64,000 nucleotides of DNA from Thermoanaerobaculia bacterium (lineage in GTDB: Bacteria; Acidobacteriota; Thermoanaerobaculia; Multivoradales; JAIOJS01): NCBI GenBank assembly GCA_963806095.1, contig CAWDWV010000002.1:1453949-1517948 (forward strand), given 5' to 3'. Positions 1 to 10,588 of the stretch are shown here, in pieces. Position 1 is the stretch's first letter; each line of letters starts with the position of its first letter. A program made the translations under genes and the position numbers. The notes below the pieces were generated by a model that made no database searches, was not told the origin of the DNA, and worked only from the letters and a program-made list of their open reading frames with translations.

Positions 1-30
1 CCTCTCCCGCGCGCTGGTCGAAGCCGCGTC

Positions 31-2982
31 CTAGAAGAGCACCTTCAGCCCGAGCTGGATGATGCGCGGGTCGCCGGCGCCGCTGCGCACGGTGCCGTCG
101 AAGTTGAAGGCCAGCTCGGTGGTCTGCGGGCGCAGGAAGTTCTCCTCGTCGAAGACGTTGAAGACCTCGAAGACCGGCTGCACGGTGACGCCGCCCCAGG
201 CGAAGTCCGCGACAGCCGCAGGTCGAGGGAAGATGAACTCGTTGTCCTTGCGCCCCAGGTTGCGCCGCGTCACCGAGCCGTCGGGGTTGATGCGGGCCGC
301 CGGGCGTCGTCGGCGTCGGCGCCGGTGGCGGTGATCGACTTCGGCTGCGCCGAGCGGTAGGCGTAGCGCAGGTTGAGGTCGAGGTCGCGCCAGGGCAGCC
401 GGAAGAGCAGCCCAGGCGTTGACGCGGTGCCGCTGGTCGCGGTCGGAGTAGCTGAACTCGCGGTCGAGCTGGGTGATGTCGGCGTAGCGGAAGGTGAACG
501 GGTCGCGCTCGTTGTCGTCGTCGGACTTGTCCTTCGACCAGGTGTAGTAGATCTGGTAGGCGTAGTTGCCGCGACATCCGCTTGTCGAGGCCGACGGTGA
601 TGCCGTCGGTAGCGGCTCTTCGCCGTCGACTCGACGGTGGTCAGCGTGGTGATGCCGTTGGCGCCGCCCGGCGGCAGGCCGCTCGACCAGGGCGAGCCGA
701 GGAGGGGGTCGTTGCGGTTGGTGAAGCGGGTGATGTGGTCGGTCTTGGCGTAGTTGAGCTTGATCAGCGCCGCCAGCTCGGGCATCACCTCGCGCTCGTA
801 GGAGAGGCTGCAGCGAGGTCGTGCGCGGCGTCTGCCAGTCCTTGTCGTAGACGAAGACGTCGGGGAAGAAGACGGCGCCGCCGCTGGCAGGAGCTGGCGT
901 GTAGGGCGGCGGCGGCCCGAGGCAGCCGGCGTCAGCTCGGTGTTGCGGAAGAGGGTCTGGCCGAGGCTGCCGTTGGTCGAGCGCGTCGAGGCGAGGTTGA
1001 GCGCCGGCAGGCGGGCGTGGAAGATGCCGGCGGTGGCGCGCACCACCGACTTGCCGGCCGCGTCCGGCACCCAGGAGATGCCCAGCCGCGGCTGCCACAT
1101 CTCGTAGTCGTCGGGGATCTCGCCGTCGGAGGGGAACTCCTGGCCGTTGCGGGTCTGCGCCGATGAAGGGCGCGAAGAACACCTCGCTCGGCGGCGTGCG
1201 CACGTCGGGGTTGTCGAGCGCCTCCCAGCGCAGGCCGTAGTCGATGGTGAGGTTGCCGCGCGCCCGCCACTGGTCCTGCACGTAGATGGCGGGCTCCTTC
1301 TGCTCGATGGTCTGCGTGCCGGCCTCCTCGACCGACGGTGTTGCCGACGCCCGCCTGCTGCAGGTAGAGCAGGACCGACGCCCTGCGCGCCGTCGCTGTT
1401 GTACGTAGTTGATGAAGTCGTTGGTGGTGAGGAAGACGAAGCGGCCGTTGGCGAAGCCGATGAAGGTCTGCGACGAGGCGACCTCGTTGTACTCGACGCC
1501 GGCCTTGAACGAGTGGTTGCCGCGCAGGTAGGAGACGTTCTCGGTCAGCTGCTTGCGGTCGTCGTCGTACTCGACGGGGAGGAAGAACGGCATGCCCCAG
1601 CGCGCGCCGTTGGGCGTGAAGTCGTTGTTGAAGAGGATGGCGGTGTCGGGGAAGGGCCGGTTCTGCCCCGGGATGTTCGGCCCCTCGTAGGGGCGCGGCC
1701 GCCACTCCTTGGCGTACTGCGCGCGCACCTCGTTGAGCAGGTTGCTCGACAGCGTGCTGATCAGGGTGACGGTGCCGGCGTGGGAGTAGTCCTGCTCGAT
1801 GCCGTTGGCCGAGCGCCCCCACTGGTCGACGTCGAAGGTGCCGTTGACCTGCTCGGAGTTGGTGTAGCTGTAGCGGAAGGTCGACCAGGTTGTTCGACGA
1901 GGCCTGCCAGTCGAGCTTGGCGAGCGCCACCTCGGCGTCGTCGGTGCGCTCGATCGGACCGTTCTCGTTGGGCAGGCCGATGCTGGCGAGGAAGGAGACC
2001 AGCCGCGGGTCCATGCGGTTGGGATTGGTCTGCTTGGTGCGGCTGCGAGCGCTGCGCGTCGGCGGCCAGGAAGTAGAAGAGCTTGTCCTGCGACGAGCGG
2101 GCCGCCGAGGGTGAAGCCGCCCTGCTGTGCGGTCGAAGCTCGCCCTCCTCGGCGGTGCTGCCGTCGGGGTTCTTCGGCGTGCTGCGACAGGCTGTCGTTG
2201 GTGAAGAAGCCGTGGACGCTGCCGCGGAGCTGGTTGGTTCCCGACTTGGTGATGACGTTGACGAAGCCGCCGGAGGAGCGGCCGAACTCGGCCTGCGCGC
2301 CGTCGGCGACCACCACCACCTCCTGCACCGCGTCGAGGTTGAAGGTGAAGGGCGGGCGCTGGCCGCCGCGCTGCTCGCCGAAGAAGGGGTTGTTGAAGTC
2401 GGCGCCGTCCACCGAGATGTTGTTGGCGATCCCCTTCTGGCCGTTGATCGACAGCTCGTCGCCGTCGGGGCCCTGGCACGATGGTGACGCCGGGGGTGAG
2501 CTTGACGAAGTCGAGGAAGTTGCGGCCGTTGTTGGGCAGCCCCTCGACCGCCTCGGTGTCGATGCGGACCGTCCCCTCGGTGCGGCTGATCTCGATCACC
2601 GGCGCCTCGGCGGTGACGGTGATCTCCTCGCTCGACCGTCGGCGGCTGCAGGGGGAGCTCGAGGTCGATCGTCTGGCCGACGCGCGAGCTCGATCCCCTC
2701 GCGGATGAGGTTGGAGAAGCCGTCGGCGGCGACGTGATGCGGTAGGGGCCGAGCGGCAGCAGCACGCCGCGGAAGCGGCCGGCGCTGTCGGTGGCGAGCG
2801 TCTTCTCGAAGTTGGTGTTGGTGTTGGTGAGGACGACGCTGGCGCCCGGCGACCGGCGTCCCCTCGCTGGTGACCCGGCCCTGGATGACGCCGGTGGTGG
2901 CTTGCGACTGGGCGATGGCGCCGGCGGCGGCGACCAGCAGCAGGACGGCCGCGCACAGACCCGCACGGAAAGCTCTCCGCAT
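31..2982 (-). CDS. TonB-dependent outer-membrane receptor with N-terminal carboxypeptidase-regulatory-like domain; frame broken by several indels as assembled
   Basis: ORF 2596..2982 carries the signal peptide 'MRRAFRAGLCAAVLLLVAAAGAIAQ' and 'GVIQGRVTSEGTPVAG'. ORF 932..2956 carries plug-like text 'EEITVTAEAPVIEISRTEGTVRIDTEAVEGLPNNGRNFLDFVKLTPGV'. ORF 31..2412 carries barrel text 'VDGADFNNPFFGEQRGG...GGFVNVITKSGTN' and the terminal aromatic end '...IIQLGLKVLF'. The conserved pieces switch among three frames, so there are at least 4-6 frameshifts. Confidence 0.8.
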
Positions 2983-3095
2983 GATTCCTCCTCCTCGAGG
3001 CGCTCGTTACGAAAAGTGAACGGACGGCACTCTACGCCAGGCGCGGGCGCGCGGGCAATGAAGGGCACGCGCGCCGGCGCGGCGCGCAGCTGAAC

Positions 3096-4811
3096 TCAGA
3101 ATCGCGTCGCCCCCAGCCACGTCCCCCAGGTGTCCACCGCCGCCGCGAAGCAGCTGTAGCACCAGATCGTGCGGTTGTCGGTGGGGTCGTTGGCGATGCC
3201 GGCGTAGTCGCCCCAGCGGTTGCGGCCGCCGATGACGCGCACGTAGCGGGCGACGCCGGCCTTGAGCTCGGCGCTCGACTGCAGCTGCCCCAGCGGGTCG
3301 CCCGCCAGGCGCCCGGTGACGCGGACGCTGGCGAACTCGGCCGCCCCCGAGCGCGAGAAGACCATCGTCAGGTTGCCGTTGCCGTCGGGCATCAGCGCCG
3401 GGAAGAAGTAGTGCCGGCCGCCGGTGCCGAAGAGCCCCTGCTGCACGACGGTGCCGGTGCTGGCGTCGAGCTGCAGCCAGTGGGCCACGGCGACGTTGTT
3501 GCCGTCGCCCCAGTCGTGGCGCGAGGTGAAAGCGGCCCACACCGAGCCGCCGCGGAAGACGGCGTTGAGCACTCGCACGTCGCCGCTGTCGAGCGGCGTC
3601 GGGCTCCCCTTCTGCGCGGCGTCGGGCGGCAGCCCGTAGGCGGATACGGCGACGTTGCGGCGCGTCATCGTCGGCGTGCCCAGCGGGTCGGCGAGCGACC
3701 ACAGCGACAGCAGCGTGCGCGTCGGCGTGGTCATGCTGGGGAAGAGGGTGTTGACGAAGTACTGCACCTGCGGCGCGCCGTAGGTGTGGCACGGCGAGAC
3801 GGTGAAGGCGAACCGGCCGTCGGCGTTCTTGAGCTTGACGACGTCGCGGAAGGTGGCCGCCTGGCCGGCGTAGGGGGCCGCCTTGGGCACGACGCGCACC
3901 TTGGCGTACTGGAAGTCGCCGTCGAAGGCGAACATGTTGGCGGTCAGGTAGAGCGCCTGCGCGTCGACGCCGAGCCCCGGGTAGTCGGCCCAGTTGTTGG
4001 TGGCGGTGGCGCCGTCCTTCGCGGCGTCGAGCTTGTAGTTCCACCAGCCGCCCAGCGGGTCGGAGGTCTTGGAGATCGAGAGCAGGAAGAACGAGGTGTT
4101 GCTGTTCATGCCGAGCGCCACGGTGACCAGCACCCAGCGGCCGGCGTGCTGGTCGTAGAGCGCCTTGGGGTCGAAGATCTTCGCCTGCGAGATGACGTTG
4201 TCGAACCAGGCGGTGAGCGTGCGCTGCAGCACCGGCGCGCCGCCCGCCTTGGGGTAGAAGGCGACCGTCGAGTTGACCGCCGCGAGCACGTGCGCCGGCC
4301 CGGCGGCGAGGGTGCAGTCGGGCGGCGCCCAGGTGGTGGCGGGGATGCCGCCGAAGGAGCCCATGGTCGCCGGCGCCGCTGCATCCGGACCAAGCGCCGG
4401 CCCGAGGGGGGCCGCCACCGCCGCGGCGGCGAGCGCGGCGGTGACCGCCTTGGGCCGGCGGCCCCGGTCGCGGGTCATCGTCATCTTCGCGGCGGCGCGC
4501 GGGAGCTTGAGCTTCGGCGCGGCGCCCTTGAGCGACTCGAACGAAGTGAGATCGATGGGGTAGCGCGTGGTGGCGGGGCGCGGGCGGTCGTACTCGGGCG
4601 GCGGGCCGGCGGCCGCCGCGGCGAAGCCGAGGGCCGTCGCCGCCGCGCCGGGCTCGAAGCTGGTGCCGCGGCCGGCCTTGCCGGTGGCGGCCGCGGCTCG
4701 CAGGCGAGCGCCCCTGCCTCCTGCGGCCGCCGTGGCAGTCGCCTTCGACGGCTTGCGTTTCGTCGCGCTCTTCGCGGGCCGACCCTTTCGCTGCGGCTTC
4801 CTCACCCCCAT
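3096..4811 (-). CDS. Hypothetical membrane-anchored/exported protein with basic low-complexity N-tail
   Basis: Intact 571-codon ORF with strong third-position G+C. AGGAGG lies about 6 nt upstream of ATG 4811. The N-terminal ~110 aa are Lys/Arg/Ala-rich. A hydrophobic segment 'AVTAALAAAAVAAPLG' follows, then ~430 aa with 'RWGDYAGIANDP' near the C-terminus. I recognise no family. Confidence 0.65.
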   Translation of the reverse strand: MGVRKPQRKGRPAKSATKRKPSKATATAAAGGRGARLRAAAATGKAGRGTSFEPGAAATALGFAAAAAGPPPEYDRPRPATTRYPIDLTSFESLKGAAPKLKLPRAAAKMTMTRDRGRRPKAVTAALAAAAVAAPLGPALGPDAAAPATMGSFGGIPATTWAPPDCTLAAGPAHVLAAVNSTVAFYPKAGGAPVLQRTLTAWFDNVISQAKIFDPKALYDQHAGRWVLVTVALGMNSNTSFFLLSISKTSDPLGGWWNYKLDAAKDGATATNNWADYPGLGVDAQALYLTANMFAFDGDFQYAKVRVVPKAAPYAGQAATFRDVVKLKNADGRFAFTVSPCHTYGAPQVQYFVNTLFPSMTTPTRTLLSLWSLADPLGTPTMTRRNVAVSAYGLPPDAAQKGSPTPLDSGDVRVLNAVFRGGSVWAAFTSRHDWGDGNNVAVAHWLQLDASTGTVVQQGLFGTGGRHYFFPALMPDGNGNLTMVFSRSGAAEFASVRVTGRLAGDPLGQLQSSAELKAGVARYVRVIGGRNRWGDYAGIANDPTDNRTIWCYSCFAAAVDTWGTWLGATRF

Positions 4812-4879
4812 GGTGACCTCCTGCCCTCGCGGGCGGATCGACGGAAAGGGATCCAGGGCGAGGCGGGGCCTCGCGCCGA

Positions 4880-5122
4880 CTAGTCGTCGTCGCGCTGTGC
4901 CGGGCCGCCGCGGTCGGCGGCGGTGCCGCCGCGGCGCGCATCCTCCTTGAGCCGGTCGCGCTCCGCTGCCGGCAACGGCGAGCCGTGCGTCACGCCGCGC
5001 CGGTGCCGCTGCGGCGTCGTCTCGTCATCGCCGCGCTCCTCGCGCTCAGGGGCGGTCGGGTCGAAGTCCCGGCCGGCCTCGGCGGTGCCTTTCTCGCTGG
5101 TGTCGCCGCAGTCTCGCTGCAC
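4880..5122 (-). CDS. Possible small, highly charged protein (about 80 aa)
   Basis: Third-position G+C bias is sustained from GTG 5122 to TAG 4880. The product is very hydrophilic ('DFDPTAPEREERGDDETTPQRH...RDRLKEDARRGG'). I see no RBS and recognise no homologue. It may be non-coding intergenic DNA between divergent genes. Confidence 0.3.
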   Translation of the reverse strand: MQRDCGDTSEKGTAEAGRDFDPTAPEREERGDDETTPQRHRRGVTHGSPLPAAERDRLKEDARRGGTAADRGGPAQRDDD

Positions 5123-5251
5123 GCTCGTTACCCGCGCTCCAGATGGCTCCCTGCGGTCGCGCGCCCTTCTTAGGCATTTGCCCGGCGTGAAGACGCGACG
5201 AAGCCTGCGTGGCCGCAACCATCTTACTCCCCGCAAGGTATCCTCCCGCGC

Positions 5252-6157
5252 ATGCCGACGAGCGATCCGACGCACGACCGGCGCGCCGCTGACGGCGCGG
5301 GCGCCGACGCGCCGGCGGCCGCCGTCGAGGGCCCCTCCACCGCGCTACGCGTGCGCTTCGGCATCGTCCACTACCTCAACAGCTGGCCGCTGGCATGGAG
5401 CTTCCTGCGAGCTGCCGCGCCGCGCTGGGCGGAGCCGGTCTACCTGCCGCCGGCGCGCGTCGCCGACGGGCTCGCCACCGGCGAGCTCGAGGTCGGTCTC
5501 GTCCCCTCGGCCGAGCTGCAGCGCATCGCCGGCCTGGCGGTGGTGCCCGGCCTCTGTATCGCCTCCCAGCACGAGGTCAAGAGCGTGCTGCTGGTGTCGA
5601 AGGTGCCGCCCGCGCGCATCTGCCGCGTCGCACTCGACGAGAGCAGCCGCACCTCGGCCGTGCTGGTGCAGCTGCTGCTCGCCGAGCGCTACGGCGTGCG
5701 GCCGGACGTGGCGCCTTTCCGCCCCGACCTCGAGGCGATGCTCGCCACCGCCGACGCGGCGCTGCTCATCGGCGATCCGGCGCTCAAGGTCGACCGCACC
5801 GGCCTGCACGTCGTCGACCTGGCGGCGGAGTGGCGCGCCCTCACCGGCTTGCCCTTCGTCTTCGCGGTGTGGGCGGTGGGCCCGGACGTCGATCCCGAGG
5901 TGGCGGCAACGGAAGTGGCGCCGTTGCTCGCCGGCAGCCTCGCCGCCGCCGAGGCCGACCTCGACGGGCTGGTGGCGGCGGCCGCGGCGGAGCTGGCGCT
6001 GCCGGCGGACGAGGTACGCACCTACCTGACGCGACACCTCAGCTACCGCCTCGGCGCTCCCGAGCGCGCCTCGCTCGAGGAGTTCTTCCGCCGCGCCCAT
6101 CACCACGGCCTGCTCCCCGCGCCGCGGCCGCTGCGGTGGGTGCGTGAGCCTCGCTGA
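5252..6157 (+). CDS. mqnA: Chorismate dehydratase MqnA (futalosine pathway of menaquinone biosynthesis)
   Basis: Intact 301-aa ORF. The MqnA/DUF178-type N-terminal motif 'RFGIVHYLNSWPLAWSF' is present, and length and periplasmic-binding-protein-like layout fit. An MqnC/E-type radical SAM gene lies 2.3 kb downstream. Confidence 0.8.
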   Translation: MPTSDPTHDRRAADGAGADAPAAAVEGPSTALRVRFGIVHYLNSWPLAWSFLRAAAPRWAEPVYLPPARVADGLATGELEVGLVPSAELQRIAGLAVVPGLCIASQHEVKSVLLVSKVPPARICRVALDESSRTSAVLVQLLLAERYGVRPDVAPFRPDLEAMLATADAALLIGDPALKVDRTGLHVVDLAAEWRALTGLPFVFAVWAVGPDVDPEVAATEVAPLLAGSLAAAEADLDGLVAAAAAELALPADEVRTYLTRHLSYRLGAPERASLEEFFRRAHHHGLLPAPRPLRWVREPR

Positions 6158-7523
6158 AGCCGGATCGCCGCGGGCGGCGCCGTGCGGCACGCTCACCGGC
6201 TGGGGCGGCGTCTGGGCCCCCGGCCGCGAGGTGCGCTCCGAAGACCTCGCCGCGGTGACGCGCGACGCGGCGCTCACCCGCGGCCTCGGCCGCGCCTACG
6301 GCGACGCCGCGCTGCCGCCGCCGGGAGTGGAGCGCGTCGCCGGTTCGCGGCTCGCCGACCGCATCCTCGCCTTCGACCCCGAGACCGGTCGGCTGCGCGC
6401 CGAGGCCGGCCTGTCGCTGCGCGCGCTGCACCACCTGACGATGCCGCGCGGCTTCTTCGCGCCGGTGTCGCCAGGCACCGAGGAGGTGACGCTGGGCGGC
6501 ATGGTGGCCGCCGACGTGCACGGCAAGAACCACCACGTCGCCGGCACCTTCGGCCGTCACGTCGAAGAGCTGTTGCTGCGGGTGGGCGACGGCCGGATCG
6601 TGCGCTGCTCGCCGCATGAAGAGGCCGACCTGTTCTGGGCGACGGTGGGCGGGATGGGGCTCACCGGCCACGTGCTGGAAGTGACCTTCCGCCTCGACCG
6701 CATCCCCTCGTCGTGGATCCTCTGCGAGACGCTGCGCTTGCCGAGCCTCGTTCCGCTGGTGCAGGGGCTGCGCGAGGCGTCGGCGCGCTGGCCCTTCACC
6801 GCGGCGTGGATCGACTGCCTGGCCGGCGGCGACGCGCTCGGCCGCGGCGTGCTGCACTGCGGCCGCTGGTGCGGGCGCGACGAGGCGCCGCCCACGCCGC
6901 CGCGCGAGCGCTTCACGCTGCCGGTGCCGTTCCACGCTCCGTCGTGGCTGCTCAACCGCGCCACGACGACGCTGTTCAACGACTTCTTCTACGCCACCGG
7001 CTTTCCGGGGCGGCGCGTCGTGCACCCCGCGCAGTTCTTCTACCCGCTCGACCGCGTGCGGGACTGGAGCCGCCTCTACGGGCGCCGCGGCATGACGCAG
7101 CACCAGTGCGTGCTGCCACTCGCCGGCGCCGACGAGGTGGCGGCCTTCCTTGCCACCGTCCGCCGCGCCGGCGGCCGGCCCTACCTCGCCGTGCTCAAGG
7201 ACTTCGGCGCCGAGGGGAGCGGCCTGCTGTCGTTCCCGCGGCCCGGGCTCACGCTGGCGCTCGACTTCGCCGTCGACGCCGGTACGCCCGCGTTGGTGGC
7301 GGCCCTCAACCGCCACGTTCGCGAGTTGGGCGGACGCGTCTACCTCGCCAAGGACGCGTTCACGACCGCGGCCGACTTCGCGGGGCTCGAGGGCGAACGG
7401 CTCGCCCGCTTCCAGCAGGTGCGCCGCCGCTGGGACCCCGAGGGCCGCATCCGCAGCCGGCTGTCGGCGCGGCTGCTCGGCGACGCGGCCGCCGCCGCCG
7501 CGACACACGGAGCCGCGGCGTGA
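6144..7523 (+). CDS. FAD-dependent oxidase of the DprE1 family (decaprenylphosphoryl-beta-D-ribose 2'-oxidase-like)
   Basis: Motifs align by eye with mycobacterial DprE1: 'RGLGRAYGD', 'VTLGGMVAADVHGKNHH', 'LFWATVGGMGLTG', 'FFYPLD', 'LSFPRPG', 'GGRVYLAKD'. The ORF is intact and overlaps the mqnA stop. Confidence 0.85.
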   Translation: MSLAEAGSPRAAPCGTLTGWGGVWAPGREVRSEDLAAVTRDAALTRGLGRAYGDAALPPPGVERVAGSRLADRILAFDPETGRLRAEAGLSLRALHHLTMPRGFFAPVSPGTEEVTLGGMVAADVHGKNHHVAGTFGRHVEELLLRVGDGRIVRCSPHEEADLFWATVGGMGLTGHVLEVTFRLDRIPSSWILCETLRLPSLVPLVQGLREASARWPFTAAWIDCLAGGDALGRGVLHCGRWCGRDEAPPTPPRERFTLPVPFHAPSWLLNRATTTLFNDFFYATGFPGRRVVHPAQFFYPLDRVRDWSRLYGRRGMTQHQCVLPLAGADEVAAFLATVRRAGGRPYLAVLKDFGAEGSGLLSFPRPGLTLALDFAVDAGTPALVAALNRHVRELGGRVYLAKDAFTTAADFAGLEGERLARFQQVRRRWDPEGRIRSRLSARLLGDAAAAAATHGAAA

Positions 7524-8354
7524 ACCAGGATCGCGAGCCGCAGGCGAGCGGCGACGTCGTGGAGCGCACGTCCGTCGGCGGGCGGTCGCATCACAAGCAT
7601 CGCGTCGCGCTCGCCGGCGGGACTCGCGGCATCGGCCGCGCCCTCGCCCGCGAGCTGGTGTCCCGCGGTCATGCCGTGGCTCTCCTCGGCCGCGACTCCG
7701 AAGCGGCTCGCGCGCTCGGCGGCCGACCTCCAAGCCCGCAGCCCTGTCGGCGCGTCCGTGCCCACCGCCGAGCTCGACCTCCTTCGCCCCGAGACCTTCG
7801 GCCCCGCTTTCGACGCCACCGAAGCCGCCTTCCGCGACAACGGCGCGCAGGGCATCGACACCGTCATCCTCACCGCCGCCGAGTTCGCCACGCAAGACGA
7901 GCTCGAAGCCGACCCGGCGCGCCTCCGCCGCCTCCTCGACGCCGACTTCACCAACAGCATCCTCTTCTGCGAGGAAGCCCGCCGCCGCTTCCTCGCCCGC
8001 GGCGGCGGCACCCTCTGCGTCTTCGCCTCCGTCGCCGGCGACCGCGCGCGCAAGCCGGTCGCCCTCTACGGCGCCGCCAAGGCCGGTCTCGCCCACTACC
8101 TCGACGGCCTCGACCTTCGCTACGGCTCCAGCCTACGCATCCTCGTCGTCAAGCCAGGCTTCGTCCGCACGGGAATGACGCAAGGCCTCCCCGAGCCCCC
8201 CTTCGCCGCCGACCCCGAGCCCGTCGCCTGCCGCGTCGCCGACGCCCTCGAACGTGGCCGCTCGGGCGTGCTCTACGCCCCGCCGATCTGGCGGCTGGTA
8301 ATGGCGGTCATCCGCACCCTCCCGCGTGTCGTGATGCGCCGCGCCAAGTTCTGA
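7520..8354 (+). CDS. Short-chain dehydrogenase of the DprE2 family (2-keto reductase partner of DprE1); one frameshift near 7715
   Basis: The N-terminal 'VALAGGTRGIGRALARELV' Rossmann motif sits in the frame of ORF 6713..10132. The remainder sits in ORF 7671..8354: 'ALYGAAKAGL' (YxxxK) and the DprE2-like tail 'YAPPIWRLVMAVIRTLPRVVMRRAKF'. A GTGA start/stop overlap links it to the upstream gene. Confidence 0.75.
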
Positions 8355-8504
8355 TTCCCCGGCTCACGCGCACGATCCGCGGTTGCGCTCGGCGGCGCCG
8401 CCGAAATGCGCAACCGCGTTCTGTCTCACCCGGGATCGCATGGCAACACCCTGACTCCGGCTCCGGCTCCGGCTCGGGCTCTCGGCTTGGTAGAGTAGCC
8501 ACCC

Positions 8505-10566
8505 ATGGAGCTCGCGCCTTCCCGTCGCCCAGTCGAGGAGATCCTCGCCGACGCCACCGCCGGCCGCCGCATCTCGGCCGGCGATGCGCACACCCTGCTG
8601 CTCGAAGGCGATCTCCTCGACCTCGGCCTCGCCGCGCAGCAGGTCCGCAACCGCCACAACGACCCCGCGGTCGCCACCTACAACGTCGACCGCAACATCA
8701 ACTACACCAACGTCTGCGTCTACCGCTGCCGCTTCTGCGCCTTCTACCGCAAGCCCGGCGACCCCGAGGGCTACCTCCTCCCCTTCGAGGAGATCGGCAA
8801 GAAGATCGAGGAGACGCTCGCCCTCCACGGCACCGGCATCCTCATGCAGGGCGGCGTCCACCCCGACCTGCCGATCGAGTGGTACGAGGAGCTGCTGCGC
8901 TACATCCGCTCCGAGTACCCCGAGCTCCACGTCCACGCCTTCTCGCCGCCGGAGATCAAGTTCATCGCCAAGAAGGAGCGGATGAGCTTCTACGACGTCA
9001 TCGGCCGCCTCAAGGCCGCCGGCCTGATGTCGATCCCCGGCGGCGGCGCCGAGCTGCTCGCCGACGACGTGCGCAAGGACGTGCTCGCCTACCCCAAGTG
9101 CTCCGCCGAGGAGTGGATCGACGTCAACCGCCAGGCCCATCGCCACGGCCTGCGCACCTCGGCGACGATGATGTACGGCATGGGCGAGCCGCTGGTGGCG
9201 CGCGTCGAGCACATGCAGCGCATCCGCGACCTGCAGGACGAGAGCCTGGCGTTGGACCCCGCGGGCGGCTTCACGGCCTTCATCTCCTGGACCTTCCAGC
9301 ACGAGCACACCGAGATGGCCGCCGTGCCCGAGACCTTCGCCCACGAGTACTTGAAGACGGTCGCGGTGTCGCGCCTCTTCATCGACAACGTCACCCATTT
9401 CCAGACCAGCTGGGTGACGCAGGGCAAGAAGATCGGCCAGCTCGCCCTCGCCTTCGGCGCCGACGACATGGGCTCGATCATGATCGAGGAAAACGTCGTC
9501 TCGGCGGCGGGCACCAAGCACGTGATGAGCCAGGAGGAGATGGAGCGTCTCATCACCGCCGCCGGCTACCGCCCGCGCCAGCGCACCAACCTCTACGAGC
9601 GTTTCGTCGAGCCCGCCGACACCGCGGCGCTGGCGCGGCGCTACCGCCACGCCCTGACCCCCGAGCACCGCGCTCTCGCCTCGCCGTTGCCGGTGCTGGG
9701 TGTGATCGGGGCCCGCTTCGGCCCCTACCTGATGCTCGACCGCGTCGGCGAGGGCGGGATGGGCACCGTCTACCGCGCCGAGGACACCCGCACCGGCTCG
9801 CCGGTGGCGGTCAAGGTGCTCGACGAGGCGCGCACGCGCGACCCGCAGATCCTTTCGCGCTTCCGCCGCGAGGCGCGCATCGCCACCGCGCTGCGCCACC
9901 CGAACATCGCCGCCTTCCACGACTTCGACGAGGCGGTGGTGCCGAGCACGACCGGCGGCGCGCGGCGGCGGGTGGTGTTCCTGGTCATCGAGTGGGTGGC
10001 GGGAGAGGACCTGACGGCCTCCCTGCAGCGCAAGGAGCGCTTCACCGCGTCGCGGCTGGTGGAGATCGCCGGACAGCTCGTCGGCGGCGCTCGAGGCGGC
10101 GCACGCGGTGGGCGTCGTGCACCGGGACTTGAAGCCGAGCAACATCCGGCTGACGCCCGAGGGCATCGTGAAGGTGCTCGACTTCGGGCTCGCCAAGATC
10201 CTCGAGAACGCCGCGCTGCACCGCGACCACCCGCCGACGTTCCAGACCTCGATCGGCTCGCTGCTCGGCACCGCGCCCTACATGGCGCCCGAGCAGCTGT
10301 TCGGGCGCGAGGTGGACGCGCGGACGGACCAGTTCGCGCTCGGCGTGGTGCTGTACCAGATGGCGACCGGGGAGGTGCCGTTCTCGGGGCGCAACATCGT
10401 GGAGGTGTTGCAGGCGGTGTCGAACAAGGCGCCGGTGCCGCCGAGCCGGCTGGATCCGGAGCTGCCGCCGCGGCTCGATGCGCTGATCCTGCGGCTGTTG
10501 GCCAAGGAGCCGGAGGGGAGGTTCCCGTCGGCGGCGGCGGTGCGAGAGGCGCTGGCCGCGGCCTGA
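8505..10566 (+). CDS. MqnC/MqnE-family radical-SAM enzyme (about 8505-9610) continuing in frame into a Hanks-type Ser/Thr protein kinase domain (about 9700-10566); one frameshift near 10083 inside the kinase
   Basis: Radical-SAM part: '[19 protein letters not shown]' (CxxxCxxC), '[10 protein letters not shown]', 'SWTFQHEHT', '[14 protein letters not shown]'. After a linker of about 35 aa with no stop comes the kinase: '[11 protein letters not shown]', 'VAVKVL'. After the shift, ORF 10108..10566 carries 'HRDLKPSN', 'DFGLAK', 'YMAPE'. Confidence 0.75.
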
Positions 10567-10588
10567 TCGCGGTAGCGGGCCGCACGGG

